A stretch of 64,000 bases of DNA from Octopus vulgaris (Eukaryota), in NCBI GenBank assembly GCA_951406725.2, contig OX597818.1:122884001-122948000 (forward strand). Reading direction: 5' to 3'. A program made the translations under genes and the position numbers. The notes below the pieces were generated by a model. It saw only the letters and a list, made by a program, of their open reading frames with translations, ran no database searches and had not been told where the DNA came from. The stretch's first letter is position 1. Every line of letters starts with the position of its first letter. Positions 1-13,592 of this stretch are shown piece by piece.

Positions 1-348
1 TCAATTCACACAGCTAAAGTTGTTACTGAATGGCACGAGGAGCATTCTAGTGAGGTTGAACATCTCATCTGGCCACCACAGTCCCTAGATCTCAATATTA
101 TTAAACATTTATGGTGCATTTCAGAAAACAAAGTAAGGAGTCGGTATCCTCCACGCTCATCACTACAAAAGCTGGAAACTATTTTAGCCGAAGAATGGAC
201 AAAAATTCCTTTGGAAACAATTCAAACTTTGTACGAGTCCATAGCTCGTAGAATTCAAGCTGTAATTACTGCCAAAGACAGTCCTACCCCATATTAAAAT
301 AAATTTGTGTGAAGTTTTAAAGTGTTTCCATTATTTTTCCAACTCCTG
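1..348 (+). mobile_element. Tc1-family transposon 3' end (transposase C-terminus plus right TIR)
   Basis: Frame 1 (1-297) reads ...HLIWPPQSLDLNIIKHLW...EEWTKIP...SIARRIQAVITAKDSPTPY*, matching Tc1 WPxxSPDLNxIE. TIR-like GTGTTTCCATTATTTTTCCAACTCCTG is followed by TA. Confidence 0.85.
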
Positions 349-1729
349 TATAAGCGTGTATGTATGTGTATACACGAATTACAATTGTCTCTCAATTGTT
401 AGAATCCTGCACGAAATGCTAAAACGGCAAGCAGTCCATAGATAGACAGGGAAATTAATAGTAAATAAAAGCACCCATCATCCCCTAAATACACTCCAAG
501 AACCAACACTCACATGCATCTGATCCTGGTTGCACACATACAATAACACAAGCACACCGATTGCACAAATTCACCACTTATGCTATTCGCTCCCTCATAT
601 GTTTACACAGAAAAAGTTACAAATGCACTCTCACGTGTGCGAATGTAATGACACTCATATACATACATACACATATAATATATACATACATACATACTCA
701 TATACATACATACATACATACATACATACATACTCATATACATACATACACTCATACTAGCAAACACTTCACGCGTATTCACCGATATTCACTTATTCAA
801 TTTCGGCTATTCAAACCAAAACGCACTCCCGACTCCACATTTTCTCCCTTTTGTCGTCGACTACCACCATATACACTTATCCACACGCAAACACACGGTC
901 ACACAATTACGTACATGCATGCACGCTTACACACAAAAAATTCACACGTATGCATAATACTTTTTCGATCATTTCGTTCCCTTGAATGACCAGGCCGCCT
1001 TAGGAAAAAAAAGAAGACAATTTAGGGTAACGTTCACTTCAAGTAATATTGGCTATATAAGAAAAAATAAATGAAAATAAAAAGAAATGAAAAAAGCAAA
1101 TGTTCGGAATTTACTCTATCCAAAATGATTGTTTCCCTTTAAGGACCCCATTCTTGCTTGAGCATATATACGTGCCTTTTCAATGCACGCAAACATGTCC
1201 GTACTGGACAGCACGATTTAATTTACAGAACACACACAACACTACACAGCTGCAAACGCAATCCAGATAGACACTCAGATTTAGGTATGTTGAGCCAAAA
1301 GATACATTACACATGGATATCCATGACAGCCCTTGTAGTCTGAGAAAGACTTCTGAAATTTCTTGTTGAACGTCCTGCACAAATTAATTTTCTGTAGTCA
1401 TGGGCTGGGGAACATTGGGTGCAGTGGATGCAAGCGCATCTCTTAAAATTTGATAAAAATCAAAAGTTACGCCCTTACTTTTCTTGGGTTTAGAAAACAA
1501 TACGCCAAAAGTGATTTGTAAAAAGAAGCTTGAAGTTAGCTTTCTTCGTAAAGAACAAAGAGCAAATATAAATAAATAAAAAAGCAATAACACCTTGATG
1601 GTCAAAAGATTTGTACCTGGGTTAGCACCCACTAAGAAGGTCTTGGGGTCGAAATTTGCTTAGTGATAAAATATTAGTAATGATCAAAATATTGTACTGT
1701 ACATTAACTCACTCTCTCCAACAAATCGA

Positions 1730-1903
1730 TGTTTCCTGAGCAGGTGCACAGTGTACCGCATGTCAGGTGGCGAACTGATCGCAGAGCAAGGTGAGGTGAA
1801 GTGTTTTGCTCAAGAACACAGCGCACCGCTTTGTCCAGGAAGTGAAACGACGATCTCAAGACCCTGAGTGCAAAACCTAAACTTTTATATCATGCGCCCT
1901 CAC
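1730..1903 (-). mobile_element. Degenerate tRNA-derived SINE
   Basis: GAAGTGTTTTGCTCAAGAACAC...GTCCAGGA..GAAAC matches the copy at 10295-10345. Confidence 0.6.
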
Positions 1904-2534
1904 ACATATACATATGTACAAAGGTTAAATATACCCGACCACACACCATATTCTTGACATGGAGACCCATCACTAACATTTCTGTGAGTCTTGCAAACAC
2001 TTTATCTTTAAATGAATTAATTTATCCATTTTTGAAGACATTATGGTTTGATATGAGGAGATTTTATATACTATTTCTAGCAAATATTTGCCTCTTAGAG
2101 ATAACCTTGTTGACTCAATAAATGAGTATTTATACTACATGTATAAAAATATTAATCAATGTAACACTTATTGAAATCTTATGATAGACAGATGAACTTT
2201 CACTTCTGAAAGAGAAGGAAGTACATTCAATAGTGATTCACGTTGCCATTTCTATGTGTAAAATGTCTTCTAAGAATCAAAAGAAAAGAATGAGAGTTTT
2301 TCTGTCGTGAAGCTTGTATATTTGTCACTCAGGAAGTTATCTTTGTGTTGCAAATTTACTTTGCACTGCAGTTCCTTTCAGCATCTGGTGCAACATTTCT
2401 TTTTTACAAAGAACACAGTCACACAAACTGTTATTGATACACGAACCGACATCCCAATATACGCGACCCAGAGATTTGTTTGTCATATCGCACTCTCTCT
2501 CTTTGACTCTCCCCTCTCTCTCTCTCTTTGGCTC

Positions 2535-2566
<32 letters not shown>

Positions 2567-2678
2567 TTGACTCTCCCCTCTCTCTCTCGTTCTTTGTCTC
2601 TTCACTTCTCTCTATCTAACACGTACGCATAACTGTGTATTTATATACATACATAGACACGCAGAAGCAATCACGCAC

Positions 2679-2715
<37 letters not shown>

Positions 2716-2930
2716 CATACAAACCTACATGTACGAATGTATGTATGTATATATGTAAGTACGTATACATTATGAACACATGATAAAATAAATATAAAGA
2801 TAGATCTTTTCTAAAGTAAAAGATGCTTCATGTTAACTACATTATATTTACAATATCGAATAAGCCAAAATATATATTAAAGTGTGTATTGAATTTCGTT
2901 TTCAAGAATCGGAAACTATGCTGAAACTCT

Positions 2931-3204
2931 CATTGTAAAATTGAGGAATTGTGAAATTTAATAAACCATTCAAACACGATCACCAGTTGTTGCTTGTCTA
3001 TATTTCACTTCTCTTTCTTTCCAATTTTCCAAACTAGTTATTGTTTCATAATGTTCCACCACAATAAAATTTCTTTTTGAGGTAATAAACAAACGTTAAT
3101 TACTTTGGAAAATGAATGAAGAGTGAAATATAGACAAATAACAACAGGTTATATGTTTAATTTATAGGTTTAATTTATTTTAATTTTTCCCAAATTTAAC
3201 AATG
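2931..3204. repeat. Degenerate fold-back (imperfect inverted repeat)
   Basis: GTTGTTGCTTGTCTATATTTCAC (~2987) pairs with GTGAAATATAGACAAATAACAAC (~3123); outer CATTGT.AAATT arms also pair. Confidence 0.65.
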
Positions 3205-3287
3205 TAATTGCCCCTATATCTCTCTATTTGTCTCCCATACATATGCATATTTATGTACATAGAATTTTATAAATATATACGTATAAC

Positions 3288-3341
<54 letters not shown>

Positions 3342-3433
3342 CCGACCTTGAAACTTAACTATGGTCTATCTATAGCACTTATTCAGCATTACCTGAAACC
3401 TTTGGGTCTCACTGACACTATTACCTCTTATAA

Positions 3434-3466
<33 letters not shown>

Positions 3467-3491
3467 ATATATATATATAGACAGAGAGAGA

Positions 3492-3546
<55 letters not shown>

Positions 3547-3939
3547 CATACATATATATACATATATGTACATATATATATATGTAAGTATACACACACA
3601 CAGGTACATGTTATCATGTCGCGATATGTCTTAAGATTTCTGTAGAATCCAGTGGTTCTATAGGTTTGACCCACTTCTATAATTTCACTGGAATATGTCG
3701 GAAACTTGGAGGAATATGTTTTTACTGAGATTCGGCTTTATTTATCACACACACACACTCACACTCACACTCACACATATGTTTCTCCACAGACCCAAAA
3801 AAAATCACACACAAACATACATATATGTCTTTGTAGGCGACTTTATGCATATATCTACACACGCATACATTTATCCCTTTGAACAAAAAATTACAGTGCT
3901 TTGTTCAGAATGACTCTTTTTCATGTACCTATGAGCATT

Positions 3940-5630
<1,691 letters not shown>

Positions 5631-6044
5631 ATCTTCTGTGTTGATTTGTTTAATGTTAGCTGTTCCCTGTCTCAGATACTTGAAGTTAGAGCAACTTCTA
5701 CATTTTACTGTGATTAGCAATAACGTACAGAACGGAAAGCTGAACACATGCTGAGAACATTTCTGTTAAATTGGAAATATTTTCGAATCTGGAAATGGTT
5801 TAAGACAATTACATAATCTCAGGGCTACAATTTCATTTTATTATTTTTTTCTTTCTCTTAGGATGTACGCTTTATTCATGGGTATATAATTATTATTATT
5901 ATTATTATTTTATTTTTACTGGAAGATTTTGATCATTTTCTTTCGGAGAGGATGAAATAAGTATCAGTTGAGCACTGGGATCGATTTAATCGATTAAACC
6001 GCTCCCACAAATTATTCCAGACCTTCTGCCTATAACAGAAATGA

Positions 6045-6148
<104 letters not shown>

Positions 6149-6149
6149 G

Positions 6150-7480
6150 AGCCCAAGACTTTGCTCCACATGCTAACTCACTGGCTTTCCAAAAGTGACC
6201 AAGCAAAGGTTTCTCTTCAATTTGTTTAACATGCTCTCTTTGAATTTCATTTCTGTCCCTTTTCTCTTATTCCACATTTGATAAGGTGTCCCTTATTCAC
6301 TGTCTTTTATAATTTCCCTGTGTTGTTCTAGAAAACTTCTAGTAGACGTTTTCTGTACACACTCTTTCACAACAATTAAATCCCTCTCATCCCGCTCTCT
6401 CTTCAAGTGCAGCCGGTTGGTATCAGCTTTCGGATGGTGGGTTCCATACATTGATAACGGCTTTCTAGATTTTCTTGTTTCTTTATTGCCCACAAGGGGC
6501 TAAACACAGAGAGTACAAACGAGGGAAGAGAAAGGGATTAAGTCGTTTATATGGACCCCAGTGCGTTACTGGTACTTAATTTATCGACCCCGAAAAGATG
6601 AAAGGCAAAATCGACCGCGGCGGAATTTGAACTCAGAAAGTAAAAGCAGGCGAAATGCCTATTTCTTTACTACCCACAAGGGGCTAAACACAGAGGGGAC
6701 AAACAAGGACAGACAAACGGATTAAGTCGATTACATCGATCCCAGTGCGTAACTGGTACTTATTTAATCGGCCCCAAAAGGATGAAATGCAAAGTCGACC
6801 TCGGCGGAATTTGAACTCAGAACGTAGCGGCAGACGGAATACCTATTTCTTTACTACCCACAAGGGGCTAAACACAGAAGAGACAAACAAGGACAGTCAA
6901 ACGGATTAAGTCGATTACATCGACCCCAGTGCGTAACTGGTACTTATTTAATCGACCCCGAAAGGATGAAAGGCAAAGTCGAGCTCGGCGGAATTTGAAC
7001 TCAGGACGTACCAGCAAACGAAATACCGCTAAGCATTTCGTCCGGCGTGCTAACGATTCTGCCAGCTCACCGCTTTTCTAGTTTTTCTGTAAAGATTTTA
7101 TGTGTCGATTTTGATCTTGCATTTATTACATCAATAAGATTTTTTGATTTCAACTTAGTAATATCTTTCTTAATCACCATGTATAATCCCTACTGGTAAT
7201 TTGTTTTATCTCTTCATGTTTTCTTTTGTCTGCCTCTAGTATTTCCCAGTACTTAATACCACTATCCTTTCTCAACCGCTTTCATGTTTTTCCATTTTGT
7301 ATTTCAATTCCCTGGCGTCTTTCAAATCTTCCTCGTTTCATTTCCTTAACAGCGCACTTTTCTGTCCCAAATTCCATACCTACATCACTTGAGAAAATGC
7401 GAGCATATGTACAAAACTATCAAGTTGCTTCTCATTTTTCGCATAAAGCTTTACACCATCCATGAACGGGAGATAATTTA
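6150..7480 (-). mobile_element. Decayed R4/Dong-like non-LTR RT fragment, interrupted by a SINE array
   Basis: MYGTHHPKADTNRLHLKRERD matches MHRMHHPKADIERL of the 54 kb element. GMEFGTEKCA is seen near 7360-7385. Adjoins (ATT)n. Confidence 0.65.
6478..7074 (-). mobile_element. Tandem trimer of a tRNA-derived Meta-domain-like SINE (~185 bp units)
   Basis: Three copies of CCCACAAGGGGCTAAACAC...ATCGACCCCGAAAGGATGAAAGGC...GGAATTTGAACTC. The reverse complement GCCTTTCATCCTTTCGGGGTCGAT resembles the MetaSINE domain. Possible TSD TTTCTAG.TTTTCT on both sides. Confidence 0.85.
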
Positions 7481-7579
7481 TTTGACTATAACCTATTCCC
7501 AAATCAATAATAAATCTCTGAACGATGTATAAACAGTAGCTGCACGACAATGTGAAGTATGTTTGTCACTTAAATGTGG

Positions 7580-7770
7580 CTAACCACTAAGGCTGGATGC
7601 TACTGTAGCTTGTAGCCCCAGGAGAACATCATCCCCAGCTGGCTATTGCAACACTTTCTGTGCCTTATCAGCATTTGCAAAGGGAGCCATCTTTCCCATC
7701 GTCGAACTGATGTGATACGCACGGACCCGGGTTTCTGAGTATTTACCCGTCGTCAGCGCATGACAACCAA
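7580..7770. repeat. Dispersed repeat; related copies at 40850-41020 and 41205-41270
   Basis: Shared GCTACTGT..GCCCCAGG..CATC..CCAGCTG..CCCATC..GGGTTTC motif. Confidence 0.55.
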
Positions 7771-8129
7771 TGCAGTCAAATGAATGAAACAGGTAAAAGA
7801 GTAAAAAGTACATATATACATATATGGATATATGAATCAACAACTGTGTACAGTAACATCCATGATAGTAGAGTCGAGAAAATTATAAATTTCCACTGAT
7901 AATTCTGGTGAAGTGAGGGTAAAGTGTATAACGAGAGGTACCATAGGCCCGAGATAAAGATAGAAGGGATGACAATCCAGGAGAGGCTGAAGTTTAGTCA
8001 GGCAGGATCAAACTGGGGTGTGCCTTTATATTAAGGTTTGTTTTATGCTCGTTGAAATATATAAACAATCAAATACAGAAGTATTACTCAATGCCATTGC
8101 GTAGGGCATCTTTGCTGAAAAAAAATAAC

Positions 8130-8172
8130 ATTGACTTCGAAGTTTCATCGTAGCTGCATTCATCAGACAATT
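8130..8172 (-). ncRNA. Degenerate minimal hammerhead ribozyme motif
   Basis: Minus strand: CUGAUGA AUGCAGCUACGAU GAAA CUUCGAAG UC, with palindromic stem III and a GUC site. Stems I and II are weak. Confidence 0.4.
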
Positions 8173-8417
8173 TGATAAAGGGAACAAAGCCAAAATTTCG
8201 AAGTTACAGACAATCTTCTTGTATAAGTATCATGTGAATGTGAGTTTGAGCGCGCGTGCGTGAGCGTGTGTATGTGCGGTGAGAGCGTAAGCACGCGAAA
8301 TTAATTCTGTTCATTTTCCTAGATGTGAAGCAAATATATTAATTTGTAAAATTAACCTGCCATTATTAGTTTGTTATATTGGTCAGTGTTCAACGCGTTT
8401 ATATGAATGTGTATGCA

Positions 8418-8458
<41 letters not shown>

Positions 8459-8466
<8 letters not shown>

Positions 8467-8837
8467 ATATTTCGGAATGGTCATTTTACCAGTTTAGCCA
8501 ATAAAAACACACGCACTATATATTTGGTGTTATTTTGCTTCATTGTTATTTATTTTTGCATTAATCTTAATCTTATTTCGGCCAGCATGCGCAAATGAAG
8601 ACATACAATAGAAATACAAAATGGCTGACGGTTAGTAAGGAGAGACACAAATAAGAAAGAAGAAAACAAAGGACCACTGATTCGGTCACAGGAGTGTGAC
8701 GAAAGAACTCTGGCCGAAATAAGATTAAGATTAATGTAAAAAATAAATAACAATTAAGCAAAATAACACCAAATATATAGTGCGTGTGTTTTTATTGGCT
8801 AAACTGGCAAAATGACCATTCCGAAATATAACAATAT
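8459..8837 (+). mobile_element. Fold-back element with ~127 bp arms (8459-8585 / 8710-8837) and an HHR-like motif at 8672-8715
   Basis: Arms near-identical (3-4 differences), flanked by TA repeats. CCA CUGAUUCG GUCAC aggagu GUGAC GAAA GAAC UC UGG. Confidence 0.8.
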
Positions 8838-8891
8838 CTGTTTCAACACACGACTTCACATAAAAAATCTTGCACAACAAATATTTAAACG

Positions 8892-8946
<55 letters not shown>

Positions 8947-8949
8947 CTT

Positions 8950-8981
<32 letters not shown>

Positions 8982-9031
8982 CATTATTACTATCATTATT
9001 ATTATTATCATTATTATTATCATTATTATTA

Positions 9032-9066
<35 letters not shown>

Positions 9067-9767
9067 TCAGGTGTGTATGAATGGGCTGTAAAAGACGGTT
9101 TCTTTTAGTTAGTCTTGTATTCAGCGAATAACCAATGTGAAGGTTATTCATATTAAAAATTGAATATATTGAATACTTAATATCCATACTTTTAGAAAGT
9201 CATTTTATGACTTTATAATATTTTCCTTTCAAAATGTCATTCTTAGATAACTTTATCATTTTATAATTGATATAACCTAGAAAAGTTTTTTTTAAAAAAT
9301 ATATCACATTCTAACATTATTTTTCTATAATCCATCACTCGACTAACAGCGATCTTCATTCAGTGAAGGAGTAGTTTTCGTTGGATAGTTAATAGCTTTG
9401 TTGTTAAGATAGCATTTCACATTTCCTTGAATAAAATGTTCGCTGAAAGATGGACATATTGTTGATTCTTATCCTGCTGTGAGCTGTTCGGTCAAAAGAT
9501 CGTTCGCTGGTCAGAATGTTTTACTTTTGAGAATTATCAAATCAATTTGCACAACACAGTTCTAGGGTCTTTCCAGTCCTAAACAAATGTAATTTGTTCA
9601 AATTTATCAACTTTTCAGCAGAGACGAGTTATATTAATATGCTGCAATAGAGAAAAAAGGTAAAGATGCTTGCGGAATTTGGAGATGTCTGCTTTATATT
9701 AAAATAACTGAAATTATGCATAAATAACTTGAACCTGTTTGTCTATGTATGCATGTATGTACACACT

Positions 9768-9843
<76 letters not shown>

Positions 9844-9857
9844 TTATTTTTTATAAA

Positions 9858-10400
9858 CGCCCTTTTCAAGCCTAGCCAGGCTCACAGGCCCGTTTCCCCG
9901 GTTTCTATGGCGTATGTGTTCCTCCCACCAGCTGGACAGGACGCCAGTCCATTGCAGCGTTACTCAGGAAACAGGAAGGAAGAGTGATAGAAAGTTGGGG
10001 CGAAAGAGTACAACAGGGGTCGCCACCAACCCATGCCAGAGCCTCGTGGAGCTTTAGGCGTTTTTGCTCAATAAACACACACAACGCCCGGTCTGGGAAT
10101 CGAAACCACAATCCTCCGACTGCCCTAACCACTGGGCCATTGCACCTCCACTTGCGCCCTTTTAAATCCTAGCCAGACTCATGGGCCCGCTTTCCTGGTT
10201 TCAATAGTGTATGTGCTCCCCAGCTGGACAGGACGCCAGTCCATCGCAGCGTTACACATTTTTTCCAGTTGAGTGGACTGGAGCAACGTGAAATGAAGTG
10301 TTTTGCTCAAGAACACAACGCGTCGCCCGGTCCAGGAATCGAAACCACAATCTTACGATCATGATGCGGACACCCTAACCACTAAGCCACGCGCCTCCAC
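9858..10400 (-). mobile_element. Two adjacent tRNA-derived SINEs sharing a V-domain-like 3' part
   Basis: Heads GTGGAGGYGC..TGGC..AGTGGTTAGGG with box B GGTTTCGATTCC. Shared GATGGACTGGCGTCCTGTCCAGCTGG. A tail fragment also lies at 34218-34285 (+). Confidence 0.85.
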
Positions 10401-10792
10401 TTCATATATACATGAAGACATATAAATATATAAATAAATAAATAAATATATGAGAAAAGTGTGAATATTTTTTTCCTTCTATTAATGATGAATTTCTTAA
10501 CGCATTTACGCACATTGCCATGCGTTCAACATGTTGCACTCACGATTGCTAGATCGTGGTTTCGATTCCCGGATAGAGTGGCATGAATTTCTTCAAAAAA
10601 ATATTTCATTTCTCGTTCCTCTACAATCATTTTGACATCTGCCGCGTGGCAAACTTATGCACTAGTACGGGCAATTTCGATTTGATGGAGTGGGTACACT
10701 AATGTACAACACGTACATTTCATCATTATAAACGAATCATTTGTACTGGTGTGTCGTGAAACACTATATACGTCGTCTTCGACGGGAGATTC

Positions 10793-10827
<35 letters not shown>

Positions 10828-12162
10828 TATATGCACACTTGTTTCTATGCGTATGTGTGACTTAGTCTTCTCCAATTTTAAATTATTGTATTTCAATGGC
10901 TAATTGTTGTACGAATATAGTGTAGCGCTATTTTTCGCTTGACATCTGATAGTGATCCTTCCAGTTCGAAAGCATAGATTTACATTGATTTCTGCCCTTC
11001 TGAAATAACTCAAACCTGATACTCCTAAAAACATCAATCCACAGCCAAAATGTTGATAACTAACGTAAACTTTATCACCCGCGTTTATTTTACGTTTACG
11101 ACAACTGTCCTATAAATTGTGATTTATGAATGAGTATAGAAATGCATGTAATTTAAAGTTATAGAAACTTCTAAACATTTCAGAAACTGCATACGTTTTC
11201 AATTAAGTCATAAACAACGGATTTCCGCATAATTTCCATCTACCAAATTCTGCTTGCAAAGCATTTATCCAAGATGCTGTGTGGTGGAATCGAACCCGGG
11301 TCCATGCAGTTACAAAGCGAACTTCTTAAATTGATAGCCAATAGAATCAGTATTTCATTTGATGCGGACGATAGGAACTATAGTTCACATTATGTTACCC
11401 CCATACACACACCGACTGTATAATTCTAGTCAGATCATCTCTCTTAGCAACTGATATTTATTGTTAGTTTTTACTGTTGATTTTAATTCACAGATCACAC
11501 CTGATTAAACTGATTCGTGAACAAAGACATCTCAACTCTGTCCATTGGTTTATATATCTCGTATTTCAAAGAATCCTTACATTTTTGGAGAGGATAAGTA
11601 GTGATTTGATGGAATTTGCTAGCTATTTTAAGGCACTCGCGGGACACCTTACAGACAAACTTCGTTGGCTAGTATGACTTTTATCATTATTATTATTATT
11701 ATTAGTAGTAGTAGTAGTATTTGTAGCAGTAGTAGTAGTTGTTGTTGTTGTTGTTGTAGTAGCTGCTGTCATATTTAACCTCATGTTAGCCTCAATTGAA
11801 CTGATCGATAGTCGACCATATTACTACGCAAATCAAGAACAATGCAGTCACTCATATGGATACCTAATGAATAGAAATTAAAGTAGCTACTGAGCTTCGT
11901 AATATACCGATAGACCTTTCATAATTATAATTCTAATTTTTGTAATCGTACCATACGATTTATAATTGTTATAGTATAATCATTATGCCGAGGGCCAAGA
12001 GCATGTGCATTTTAAAATTATATAAATGCCCTTTCTATTTTCAAATTTATAAAATGCCCAACTTTTTCTGTATTGGAATCTTGTTTATAAAGTATCTGAT
12101 TTGATTACAAAAGAACTTTTTAACAGTTTTACTTCTTTATTTCGAAGTGATATTAGTATTTT

Positions 12163-12227
<65 letters not shown>

Positions 12228-12233
<6 letters not shown>

Positions 12234-13082
12234 ATTAGGGCTTAGTAAAATAAATTACTTTGCCACATACTGAACTTTCTTGAAATAGCAGCCCAAAAAG
12301 TTTTTTAGCCATTTCCACTATTTAATTTCCACTCCTTTTAGCCATTTCCACTACTTAAAGAAAATTTCTCTCATAGTTCAGTATGTGGCAAAGTAATTTA
12401 TTTTACTAAGCCCTAATTATATAATGTAATATTTTGAATTCGCCTTAAATGGTCCTTTTACATACTGAATACTTGGTGAAATTGATTAATAACTAATTAA
12501 TTTTACCCTAAATTGTTGATATTATAATTCATTTCTCTGTCATATCGCCTCGGTTCTCACCGTTAAAATATAATGTTTGCTAGATAACCCACGTGGGTGG
12601 AAGGGGAGAGCAGGGAATCTTCGCTTGCACATTTTGAATTTGTTGGTACTGGCAGTTTGAACGGGTCATCTGAGGTGATAAGTCGCCAAAGGGTATGTTC
12701 TTTCTTTTTAGTGCTTCCAAATCCAAAATAAGAAATGTTGAGCAGACGAAAGAAATGCTGAGTTTATTTGGCTAATCTAGAAACGTTAACGTTCTCAAAT
12801 AATCTTTGTACTTGTGATATTTTTCTGTTTCTACCTCCATACCTTCGTGGGTTATTTTGAGTAAACATTATCTGAGAGAAATTTTCTTTAAGTAGTGGAA
12901 ATGGCTAAAAAACTTTTTTGGCTGCTATTTCTAGAAAATTCAGTATGTGGCAAAGTAATTTATTTTACTAAGCCCTAATTATATAATGTAATATTTTGAA
13001 TTCGCCTTAAATGGTCCTTTTACATACTGAATACTTGGTGAAATTGATTAATAACTAATTAATTTTACCCTAAATTGTTGAT
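12228..13082. mobile_element. PLE-like non-autonomous element with direct and inverted terminal repeats
   Basis: Apparently identical ~144 bp direct repeat (12377-12520 = 12939-13082). 12228-12373 is an inverted copy of ~12872-12985. AAAGTAATTTATTTTA is shared with the HHR-bearing repeat at 42700. Flanked by (TA)n. Confidence 0.7.
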
Positions 13083-13098
13083 ATATATATATATATAT

Positions 13099-13524
13099 AT
13101 ATATTAATAAAAGAATTCCAACCTTGTCTGATTTTCACGTTTTATTTACTATCTTATAATGATATCATTATAAGATAATATATTATAATTGAGTAAAATA
13201 AAATGAAATAGTAGAATGTTAAATTTTCATTCTGATTGAACTAGTACTTTCATGCATTGAATTCTGCAATCTTCGGGTTCATGTAGTAGTGTTGACAGTC
13301 ATGCTTCACAATTGTGAAGCATGACTGTCAACACTACTACATGAACCCGAAGATTGCAGAATTCAATGCATGAAAGTACTAGTTCAATCAGAATGAATAT
13401 TTAACATTCTACTATTTCATTTTATTTTACTCAATTATAATATATTATCTTATAATATATCATTATAAGATTGTAAATAAAACGTGAAAATCAGACAAGG
13501 TTGGAATTCTTTTTATTAATATAT
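13099..13524. repeat. Near-perfect spacer-less palindrome (~210 bp arms) carrying two opposed HHR motifs
   Basis: Centre CACAA|TTGTG at 13311/13312. The arms are reverse complements with very few mismatches. Confidence 0.95.
13342..13386 (+). ncRNA. Minimal type I hammerhead motif (U4C core); mirror copy at 13237-13281 (-)
   Basis: UGAAC CCGAAGA U UGCA gaauucaa UGCA U GAAA GUAC UA GUUCA: 5 bp stem I, 4 bp stem II, palindromic A-GUAC-U stem III. Confidence 0.7.
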
Positions 13525-13548
13525 TCTTCTATACACAATCACACACAC

Positions 13549-13592
<44 letters not shown>

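Noticed and set aside
6478-7074. Regular repeats resembling a CRISPR array
   Set aside because: Whole units repeat with no unique spacers; eukaryotic SINE; no cas genes.
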